Shown piece after piece: positions 51,225 through 64,000 of a DNA stretch of 64,000 nucleotides. This DNA comes from Utricularia gibba (Eukaryota; Plantae; Magnoliophyta), in contig CM007991.1 in assembly GCA_002189035.1 (NCBI GenBank), positions 4,092,001 to 4,156,000 of the forward strand, given 5' to 3'. The notes under the pieces were generated by a model. It had not been told where the DNA came from and did no database searches. It worked only from the letters and a program-made list of their open reading frames with translations. Position numbers and translations under genes: made by a program. The first letter of the stretch is position 1, and every line of letters starts with the position of its first letter.

Positions 51225-51400
51225 CTCGATACTTCTCGATTTTGGTATTGCTCGTCTTCTCCTCCACCGGTGTCCGTCGGTCACCAGATGGCTTGGGAAA
51301 GAAGCCGTGAACAACTTATTATTGGGCTGATCTCCAGTTTCCGAATATGGGCCGGGCCGACTTCTAATTTTGCAAGGTGCTTTCGGCGCCTAAAAGCCCA
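51225..51400 (-). promoter_or_regulatory. Orphan promoter/first-exon-like GC-rich island with site II elements
   Basis: GGCCCA/AGCCCA motifs at about 51323-51400, then a CT-rich and purine-rich leader without ATG, ending in AG|GT at 51225/51224 on the minus strand. Confidence 0.45.
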
Positions 51401-53202
51401 CTATTTTTTTCCAAAAATAATTGATATTATGCGATATTAATATTTTAATAGTAAAAATATTATAATACCAAAAAAATAATTGCTTTGTATTAACAGATAA
51501 ATGTAAAAATATCTTGATAAATTGAAATTGGCGTAAAAATGATAAAACATTCATATAAAAAATATCTAATAAAACAACTAGTAATATAAAAATTAAAAGT
51601 ATTGAAATGGTGTGAAAAAATATTGTAAGAAAAAATAAAATCATTCTAATATGGTATTAGATATAGCAAAAATTGTCTACTATCACTTGGGATATCCAAA
51701 TCCAACTCCTCCTTCTGTTCAACTTTTGAAAAACTAAACATTTGAAATCCCATATAATTGATTCATATTTTCTAAGTCCGAAAGCGAATACGAAATATAA
51801 TTTCTTCAATAATCAAATATTGCTTAACACACCCTAAAGGTTTATATAGAATAATTTCACTCTTGAAAAAATATTATAAAAATATTTTTTTATTAAACAC
51901 GAACAAATTATATTTCATAACTAGTAGAAATGTATTAGCTATTCTTATTTTTACAAATTATCTAATTTTCTTTTTATTGGAAGTAATTTTTAAAAATTGT
52001 TTTTATCAGAATTTAATATATTAACAGCATGTATGTTTTTATATTATAATAAAATTTAACACTCTGCACACAAAAAAATGATGGAGATTAGGATACCCAT
52101 TAGAGATGAGTGACGCATTTGGATAGGGTGAGCATTCGGTGCGCCTTGTCTTTGTGGTAGGTGGGCCAGTGTGGTGTAGGTGGACCAGAGAGTGTGGCCC
52201 ACCGTTGGATGGATGCAATTCACATCAAGCGTCCAATCATTGGTTGGAATCAGAAACCTCGAGCTGTGGATGCCCTTTTCAAGGCCTCTTTCAGGAAAAC
52301 TCTCTTCTAACCTTGCCTTCAACTACATATTTTATTGCCTAGTAAAAAATATATATATTCGAGTTCTTTTTTTTTTTTCAAAATCACTTTTCCCAAACGA
52401 TTCTAAAACATAAATTAATAGATTATAGTATATTAAAAATAAAAAACATTTATAAAATTATTTTTTGGTATAGTTTGGATTTCCAAAAAAAATTATGCAC
52501 TTACAAAAATATTTTTAAGTCAAAAATCTATATCGTAACGATTTTCAAAAATTCTTTTTTTCAAAGCAGCTTTTATTTGTTCCATAAATTTTTCAAACGA
52601 ATATGAACTATAAATATTCAAAACAACAGTAATTAGTATGAAAAAATATTATAACTTTTTTAAAATAAAAATCGTTCGTATTTAATAACAAAATTATTTA
52701 TATATTGAAAACATAATTTTATCCATTTATTTATTATTATTGGAGTAGGTGAATACTCCATCACATCTCTATGTCCAAAAAAAAATAAAAAAATAAGACT
52801 CAAAAGTTGTAATGAAGCAATTCAAAAAAAACTCCAAATCTTAGGTAATATAATCTCCATGGAATAATTGCTGAATTATTGATAAGACAGAGCAAAACTT
52901 GTTAAAGGGGAAACAAGAATAGCCAAGGGATTTGATTAAATAAAATGGAAAGGGAGAGATGAGTGTTCTAAAGCAACTACTTATAGATATGAAAAATGAT
53001 CAATTATTAATAATATTTTTTTTAGAAAAAAGATTATATAAATCCAAAAGTTGTTCCAAAGAGGAAATGTTATTTTATCAATTATATTTATGGCTTATTC
53101 AAATTATAATATCAACTATGTGATAATAATTTTTCAAACATCATGTTTTTTTAAAAAAAAATAAATATAATAATAAGAAGGTGTATGCTTCAGTGATCAT
53201 TT

Positions 53203-53783
53203 TAGTGTTGTGATCAGTTTGGAAACGATCATGGTTTATAAACCGTGGTTCGATGTCTCATTTGCATTAATTTTTTTTCGAAATTAGAATCATTAATCGG
53301 AATTGAAACCGAAACTGAATTGTTCGCATTAAATTTTAATTGAAAAATAAAAATTGTATTTTCAATGATTTATAACAGTTCTCATGGACGCTTGGAAACA
53401 CCTTAAAAATATTGAATTTTTTTTACTTATCCACATGTGTTGTTGTAGGTACCTTAGAAGCATAACATTTTTTTAAAAATTTATTTTAAACACTCATGTG
53501 AATTGTTATAAATATCTACAAATATCCATAATTTTTTTTGGCCCTCATATTATGAAAGTATTTAATAAGATAATATTTTTCTATTATTTTTTAAGACATC
53601 CACAACGTTTGATATGATTGCGTATTCATCGATTTCAAATTATCGATTCCAAACATGATAAAATCATGATTTTTCGATTCAAAAAATAACGAATCGACTC
53701 GAAAAGATATGATTTCAATTCTGAAATTGGAATCATAACCATAACCAAAACCACGGTTTCGATTTGCACTGATTACAACTCTA
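53203..53783. mobile_element. hAT-type MITE
   Basis: TIR TAGTGTTGTGATCAGT versus rc TAGAGTTGTAATCAGT. Near-TSD GTGATCAT/GTGAGCAT (2-nt offset on the left). Internal (A)ATCGA/AACC repeats. Confidence 0.6.
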
Positions 53784-56694
53784 GTGAGCATATGCCAGGA
53801 TGAGAAAGCAATGGAAATAAGGGATGGATGATACGAAGTTAGGCGGTGCGCTTTCGGTGGAGAGGCTTGTGCTTGCCTTGAGTCGGCATCTGTGTAGGCC
53901 GTAGATGGAAGCGACTAGCCCCGGCTTTCCTCTCGTCGCTTTCACGCTACACCTTCTCGATCCAGCACCAGTTAGGCCGCCCCGCATTCCCCCTTACTCA
54001 TTCCAACCAAAACACGATATTATTTTTGATATTATTTGGAATATTTTTAAAATTGATTTCAGTAGGGTTGCAAGTTTCATTTATTCGTGTGAAAAATTCT
54101 ATTTATGTTGAATTTGGATTCTAATGAATGATTCACATTTTATTGCTGTTTAATAAAACAGCAATACTATGCGATAAATCATATTTATTTGGTCTTCATT
54201 TTTCACGTGTCTTGCTACTTATCTAGATTAGGATAGACCTAAAAGGTATAAGAATTCACAAAAAAAGTTTAAAACCCCGATTTTAAAATTGACAAAAGAA
54301 TCGAGGTAGATAAATAAAGGTAATATTTTTAGACAGAAATAGATAGAAATGAGTAGATATAATTGTATTTATTTAATAAATAATAGACCTAAATGTAAAA
54401 TTGTTAGGAAAAATGAAATATGTCGTAACCCAAAAATTTAGGAAATGATTTGAGTAGATTTAGATTATTTTAAATGTTTCAATACATAAAAATATAGATA
54501 AAATTTAGTAGTTTATTTCATCATATTTTAATCATTTTTCTGTATGTCAAATACAAATTTATTGTTTCCCGTATTTGGATCAAATTTAATTTACTAATTA
54601 TATATTAAATTTTTAGTTTAGCCTAAGATTTAAAATAAAATTATTTTGTGACTTTATATATAAAAAGCGCATTATGAGCACAAACTTTTCATGTGTCGAT
54701 TTTAATTCTACCATACATTTTGTTTCAATTGTGCTGATTGTGAATTGAATTTTATAAATTTTATATAATATGAAAATTTCTAATTTTCACAACGACGTAC
54801 GAATTTTCGATTATCGATGTCTCTCACCAGATTGAAAGAGCCAAATCTTTGAAACAACTACTATCGAAAGTGCATGAAATACTTTGTACACGTGTTTATT
54901 CCAACTCTAGTAAATTTTACAAGAACCATTATCCGTATATTTTATTAATCTCTAACCACATAACTCTAAAATATGAAGACGATCGGAGTCAATCCCAAAA
55001 GACGATATTTTGAAAAAAAAATCTGATACTTTAAATTATTTATGCGCATATTTGGTATATAAATTTTATTCACGTGAATTTAAAATGACATATCATTTGT
55101 TTTCAGTAAAAAATAATATTTTATTTAATATATTTGTTTAGAATAATTGAAAAAATAAATTTAAATTGATTAACTAAACTCACGTGAAACAAGATTTTTG
55201 AAACACATGATTAGAGAGATATTTCATATATTTTACAAAGTCACACGAATATTAAAGAATAATATGTTATAGAACTTGGACCAATGAGATCCGTCTATTT
55301 TAAATCCGGAATTTTTTATAATATGAATTAATGATGTCGTGTATTTTGGGGTTGGGGTTATGTGGATGGTCTATCTTGGGTCTGGTGGCACGTTGTTTCA
55401 ATCCAACATAAAACTGATAGTCTTCGGGAGATGGGGGCACATAAAATGATAATTATTTAATGCGATGCCACGTAAGACATCACCCCCTACACTTCTCCAA
55501 CACGTTGCAGGGATAGGATAAAGGATCTTTAATCACTATAAATCTATCTAACGCATCCAAAATGCAAATATATGAGGGAAACCCAAGATGTGTGTGCGCA
55601 ATTTAATGAGGATATATTTTTAAAAATTACTTTACTTGCATTAGAATTTATAGTTTTTTGAGAAAAAAAAATAAAGCAAAAATGGGTTGTTTATATGTAT
55701 TAGAATTTTTGGAAAAATAGAAATATAATTTTTTTTTTTACAATTTTGTATTAAAAATCAGCGATAACTTATTTATTATTTCAATTGTATTTTAAAATAT
55801 ATATTGGGAATTTTTGTCTTTATTAATGTAAATATTTTAATGTATATAATATAAAATGAAAATTTGTAATGTCTATTAATATACATAATTTCTCATTTTG
55901 TAGAAAATAATTATTTTCTTCTAAGATGATGTTCCCTATAATTATCACTTTGTATTCCTAAAATGAGAAATTAATAGTTTTATAGAACATAATTATTATT
56001 TATTTGTTTAAAATAAATGTAAAATTCTTATTTTAAAAAATAGCAAATTAAGATAAAATAAATCAATTTGCTTCTTCTCATTAAAATAAGTTTTTTCAAT
56101 AATACTACTTGTTTTTTTATCTATTTCAATTCATTTTTAAATTTATTTTTGATTTCTTATTTCTAAAAAAATTTAAATATATTTAATACCGAACGTTTTT
56201 TGGGATCTGTTAATTTGATATTATTGCAAATAAAATTTTTATTTCGTTATATATTTTTAAAAAATTATACAATATTAAATCATTTTATTTATCATTTTAA
56301 TTTTCTAAAAATTTATTTTGAATATATGTGTGGAACATATCCTAATATCTATTTATGAGGTAAAAAAATATTTCTCGCATCTTTTTCAGTCTATTTTGAC
56401 AGAAATTTCTTCTTAAAAGTTACGCAAAACATAATTGTAAATACAATTCAATTTAATATCTTTTAAAACAAACTTATTTAACTTTGATAAAATTTCAATT
56501 TTGTATTTAAAATATAAATATAATTTTTATTTTTAAATCCAAATCAGCTTCAAATAATATCTGATTTAATTTTTTAAACCTGAAACTGAATCGAATCGGA
56601 GGGATTGAATTTGCATTTGGGGGTTCATAACAAACCTATTTTCATTGGAGTAAGAAACCAAATTGGAAAGGTGGTTGCTTGGTTAGGTAGGTGA

Positions 56695-56900
56695 TCAGAG
56701 TGGCAAGTGCCAGCGTGGCACATTTACTACGGAGTTAATCTCATTCTAATCCGAAGCTAACCACCTTCATTAAAGTCATTAATCATGAAAAGAAAAGCCC
56801 ATGACGTGGGGTCCCTCCTGCTAAGCATGCTTAACTCTTTGACCGGGTCCACTGCGCCGTACGTACTGAATCCGAACTCTCACATGACGCCAGCACATTC
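56695..56900. promoter_or_regulatory. Cluster of bZIP/bHLH-type ACGT and TGACG motifs upstream of the bHLH gene
   Basis: ATGACGTGGGG at about 56801, CAGCGTGGCA at about 56711, CATGACGCC at about 56883. Confidence 0.35.
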
Positions 56901-57243
56901 CTCAGTGGACTTGGACCGTCGGTAGTATGTGTACTGGAATTTTCTTAAATAATAATAATATTAATAATAAATTTATTATATTAAACAATTGTGTAAAACC
57001 AGTCTTTTAAAAGCCTGCGTTACTGCAGTAAGAGAGACGCTTCGTCTCAGCTTCCGTTCCGGGCGGTGTGTCGATGGAGAGAAGACCCACGTCGCCGTTG
57101 CGGTGTACTTGCTCTTAGCTTCAGCGGGGCCGTTTTCTTTGTGTAAAAGAGGAATATTGGGGGGGTTAAAGGCAGGTGCCTCCCTGTCTCCACCGAGTTA
57201 CGTGATCTTTCGTCCGCCGCCGTCCCGTTATCGGAGTCGGAGA

Positions 57244-58519
57244 ATGGATCCCGCGGGGTCGGGGATGAACGACGCCGGAGTGTATAACTTCTCTGAGATC
57301 TGGAAAGTGTTTCAGGTGGGCCCTTCGTCGACGCCGTATGGTTACGCTGTGGAACCAATGGCAACGGAAAGACAGAAATTTACACACAATCAAATCGCTT
57401 CCGGGACTGAGAAGTCGAAGAAACGGCGGGACGGAGATGAACCGGCGAGAGTGCGGACGTCGACCAGCAATAGCGCGCCTCCGAACAACAACAGTTCTAT
57501 GGTGACTGGATAATTGTGTTTGGTTCAATTCTGTGCATCTTATCGGTTTCTGCTTCCCGAATTGGATGTGAATCTTGATCTTGAATCACATCATTATAAA
57601 GATGGATTTCTGGGGGTTTCTTTTTGTATTGGATTTGAAACACGCATCTTTCTTATCGGTTTCCTGGTTCCTTCTGCAATTCCATGTTCTGATGCTACAG
57701 AGTGAAGGTGATGCTAAGAGGCTGAAGCCGCTTGAAACATCACGTGAAACTTGTAACAATGAAGAGCCACCAAGGCAAGACTACATCCACGTTCGAGCAA
57801 GAAGGGGGCAAGCTACTGACAGCCACAGTTTGGCTGAAAGGGTAATTCTAGAGCACTCCCTCTTGCTCTCCCTGAAAAACATTCAAAGGCCAAGATTGTC
57901 TGTGACTATGAAAGTATTTGTTCATGTTTCAGCTACTTTTCTTCTTTTGCTGTTATATTTGCAGGCGAGGAGAGAAAAGATCAGCGAGAGAATGAGAATT
58001 CTCCAGGATTTAGTGCCTGGCTGCAACAAAGTAAGTCTGGGAGAAAGCTTCTCCATTGCCTGCATATCCCCTTGAACTATGGGAGATATATGTTCTTCAG
58101 AAATCTCTGAAATTCATTCGTGGATCTCTGTTTCCAGGTTATCGGAAAAGCCTTAGTGCTCGATGAGATCATAAACTACATTCAATCACTGCAACGCCAA
58201 ATAGAGGTGGGCTCTCCATATCTCTCCATCTTTGCCACAAATAACAAAAGCCTCCTCTTTTTTGTAGTTTCTATCAATGAAGCTTGAGGCAGCCAACGCG
58301 AGAGCAGCCCTGGATGGATATCCCTCGAAAGATGTAAGAGCAGTTGTACATTATCGAGGTCGTTGAAAGGCTCCCATCTCAGACTGCCCTTTCTACCCTG
58401 TTCAGCGTTTTCCTCAGCAAGCTCTCGACGCTTCGTTCGGTTCGCAGAGCAGCCGAGGTTACGGGCGGGGGTCATCAACAGAATGGCTGCATATGCAGAT
58501 CGGTGGAGGATGTGAATGA
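57244..58519 (+). CDS. BPE: bHLH subfamily XII transcription factor (BIGPETAL/bHLH31-bHLH79-like), 6 exons, 237 aa
   Basis: Exons 57244-57501, 57701-57841, 57965-58030, 58138-58206, 58268-58333, 58406-58519. [75 protein letters not shown]-term MDPAG...YNFSEIW and C-term [10 protein letters not shown] match the BPE clade. Confidence 0.9.
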
Positions 58520-60463
58520 AGGAAGCAAGAGCAGCCGAGGCTCCTGCATTTCTGCCATGAATGTACCCACCTACTCCAGACATATTGTACCCCTGTATTT
58601 TTCTGCTTGGCTGTCGGTGAAGATCATGTACAGGGATGCAGAAAACAAAAGAGAATCGATATTGCAGAGAGTGATCCTGGATGGCTCCCTTGTCCGTCAG
58701 CTGCGTACGCTGTGGGTTCGTGTTGGTCCCAACTCCGACAACTTGGAATTGGTTAAATGTGAAAAATCGTTGGATTTTAAATTAAAAAAAACTTAAAAAT
58801 ATAGTTAATCATTTGGAAATTAAAAATGCGAAATATTTATAGAAAACTAGATCTAAATAATGACAAAGATAAAGTTTGGCGGGTGGTATTATATGGAAAA
58901 TATTAATAGGTAAATTAAAAATAGCATTAAAAGATTTGGATAAAAAAATATGATAAAAGATTTTGAAGAAAATCCGAAAAGTTTTCAACTCTATATAAGT
59001 ACATAAACACTAAACTCATATTAGAGTCTTAAATTTCATTCTCAAAATCCTAGGATTGAGTATAACATTTTAAATTTTCATGTTCTAAATTCAAGCATAT
59101 ATGCATAACTAATTGCGATTAAATATAATAAAGCTTTGTTTACACAAGTCTATGTATGTGATGTTGTTTTACTATATTCTTTAATATTTAATTTGAAATT
59201 TAATTTTGTTATATAATAGTATTTTCTTTATCAATATACTCTTAATAACAATTAAATCCAAAGAACATGTGGAAGAATATCATATTATGCTCAATTATCA
59301 AAAGAAAAGGACTCAATCATGTATTGTTATCCAGATACATTCAATTTAATTCACTTGTAAGAATGTGAGTTATAGGGGATATCACAATAGTTAGGATCAA
59401 ATATGGAAAAATTAGGGATTATCATAACAGATGAAATGATTTTAATGGTATAATTGATTCTATAATCTCACTAATTTGGTAAATTGTTATAATGATTATC
59501 AAACATCAATACTTCAAAATGACATCTTGGAATTTACGTAAGCAAATCAATTCTTGAAGGTAACATACATACACATAGGAGAAACCTTTTGTATTGTTCA
59601 ATCTTAACCCAAAGCCACTTATTCCATGCTATTTTAAAACCAACAATTTTATTTTATTATCGTTTATTTTTACTATGTCTTATGTATTGTATGGGGATGA
59701 TATTTATTTATTATTTCAATCAGTTTTTATATATTTGCAAATTTACCATCATATTTTTTTATTCTTTTATATTTTCTTATATTAACATTGATGTCTTTTT
59801 GTTCATTTGATAATTTTAAGCTCCATTCACTCTTTTCTTATTACTTTATTATCCTACTTATAGATTAATGATAAAGTGGTTGGGTTGTTTAATGATTAAC
59901 TAATAAAAAATTGATTAAATTTTGTAATCAATTTGTAATTGTGGATTGGGCTTCGCGAAACCGTGTCGTGACGTGTCTTTAGGTATTTTGCATTGACCGG
60001 ACATCGACGTCGCCCTCCGGGGCGAGAAAATTCCTGTCTGAAAATATTTATTTTAAATGAGAGAAAATGATGGGAGGAGATGCGTTTCCATGCCATTTGG
60101 ATTTCATTTGGGGTTCATTTGTGATCCCACCATTAGTTCGTTCTCGCTCGGCTTTCCCCACCCAAATCTGTACGACGTATGCAGACGGATCTCTATTCTC
60201 TACCTTTGCGCCTGTTGGATTATGATCGATGAGCCTGTGGCAATCATCTTTCGGACATAGGGTTTCATCAAAATGAGAACCAAGCACAAAATCAGGAAGA
60301 TATGAATACGCCTAGCTTTCCCGTTTCTGCTGGTAATTCTAGATCTCCTGTGGTAGGGCGGTAGAAAGTTTCGTATTTTCTGCTGTGAATCCTGAATCGG
60401 GTGTTTGGATCGAGGTTCCGGGAGAGCTGAAAGGTAGGGAGGGCTTGATTTCGGTATAGAAAA

Positions 60464-62450
<1,987 letters not shown>

Positions 62451-62822
62451 GCTTGACAGCAGCCAGCCTTTGGTTTGCAGCAAATGTTTTGCCGCCGTTT
62501 GCATTGCTGTAGTTGCCGTACAAGAGAAAAAAAGAACAGGGGGTGATGATACTTGACGGTAACTACTGAACCATCATCATCATTCATCATTCTTGAGTGT
62601 TGAGATTGATGCATCTGTTTCTTTCCGAGTCATGGCAGAAATAGGAGTCTTCTTGTTAGCCTGAGCCTTGGCAGACTGAATCCTCTTTCACTGTGTAATT
62701 AAATCAATAACTCTTGGGGGTTCATAAATGAGCATCTGCCATGACAAATGACACAATAGCAATTACGGTATCTCATTCGTTTCTGAGTTGCTGGTAAACC
62801 TTGAACAGAAATGAGAGTTTCC

Positions 62823-63068
62823 TTAGTTGCATTGTCTGACGAAAAGCCTTGGAACTGGGAGAGATTTATTATGATGGTGTATTGCATTGTCTTCATCACC
62901 TCCATGGGGTGCTTCATCTGCATGCAGAGACAAGACTTCCAAAGCATCCAAATGACCAACTGTAGAAGGTGCGCTGGACCGTTCGGGTCGGACTCTTTTT
63001 GCCTCAGATTCACCAGCACCATCTCGCTGCTTCTGCACATCGACCTTTTTCACTGAATCCAAGCCCTG
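62823..63068 (-). other. Unassigned coding-like exon/ORF (79-81 codons) convergent with the PP2A 3' region
   Basis: Open frame ...GLDSVKKVDVQKQRDGAGESEAKRVRPER...RQCN*, GC-richer than its flanks. It has no ATG, but a possible CAG acceptor precedes it. No family recognised. Confidence 0.25.
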
Positions 63069-64000
63069 GTCACATGTTGCTGGCTATGCACCACAATCTA
63101 GGGAAATAATTAGGTTATGTTTAGTTTTAATAAAATAAAAGCTAGATATTTATAGCTTATGAAAAATAAGAAATGTTTTTAAATTTATAGGTTTTTAAAA
63201 TAAGAGTCACTAATAAAATTGTTTTTAGAAAACTTTTTCAGAAACAAAATTATTTACAAAAGAACAAATTTTGATAATTTTTATGTACTCTTATTCATTA
63301 GTTTTAAGACCGAATAATGCATGTTAATTATTAATTTATTAATTAAATATATATTTGAATTTTTTGTATTTAAATAAATAATTATTATGTGGTTATAATT
63401 AAAATATATTTGGTATATAATTTTTGAAGATATATAATTAAGATATTATGAATCCCAATTCTTAAATTGGGATGTCTAAGTATGAATAGAGTTATGTGAA
63501 TTGATTATAAGTGGTATGAATCACGGTTTGAATTCTTATGAACTATTTGTCCGAATCAATTATTTTTTATAATACTAATTATATAATATATATATATATA
63601 TGATATACATTATTTATCATTTATACATTAATAAAATAAAATACGATTGAGATTTAAGATAATTAATATTTAAAATTTATAAACGATTTTTATTTGGAAC
63701 CGTACCGAAATCGATTAAGAATCGAACTAAAATCAATTGATAATTAGATCAAAACGGATTAAAAACTGAAATTGACCATTTAGATAAAAACTAGTTAATC
63801 AAAATATTTAATCGGGTTGAATGCCGGTTATTGCCATAGGGGACCGATGCACAAACATCTCTAAATACTTCTTTAGAGTTGAGTTTGATGTTTTATATTG
63901 GAATGTAATTAATATGTAAAAAAGGAGGAGATTAGAAAACGAAAAGAACTCCCCATCCGATTTATGTGGATGGGGTTGAGATGCTGAAAAAGAAGAGAGA

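Noticed and set aside
51660-51840. Tourist-like end (rc TAGGGTGTGTTAAG)
   Set aside because: The partner TIR was not found.
60068-60226. 52-codon ORF upstream of PP2A-C as a uORF
   Set aside because: It lies about 240-400 bp upstream, the TSS is unknown, and there is no evidence it is in the leader.

Overview
Plant (angiosperm) nuclear genomic DNA with spliceosomal genes, AT-rich intergenic DNA and heavy transposon load. There is no prokaryotic, CRISPR, rRNA or tRNA content. I assembled eight multi-exon genes by hand and checked every splice junction and frame. They are an HD-Zip I gene (ATHB13-like, +), a UDP-Gal/UDP-Glc transporter (UTR3-like, -), plastid WHIRLY (WHY1-like, -), a DnaJ-like Zn-finger/4xCCHC zinc-knuckle gene (+, head-to-head with WHY1), plastid alpha-amylase AMY3 (-, with a 1-nt frameshift in a G/C run), HIPL1 (+), a BIGPETAL/bHLH79-like bHLH (+) and a PP2A catalytic subunit (+). 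There is also an intron-containing RPT6 pseudogene fragment. About 18-29 kb and 35-51 kb are TE-derived. The 35.2-51.2 kb block is a four-level nest: MULE shell > Ty1/copia > hAT > solo LTR, plus a second copia and a hAT MITE, several with perfect TSDs. Removing this nest rejoins an orphan promoter/first exon at 51.2-51.4 kb to spliced-looking sequence antisense to the HIPL1 3' end. That candidate unit is the least explained signal in the window. Gene names come from my recall of Arabidopsis protein sequences, and no database search was run. I do not see a clearly new biological system; the findings are graded candidates.
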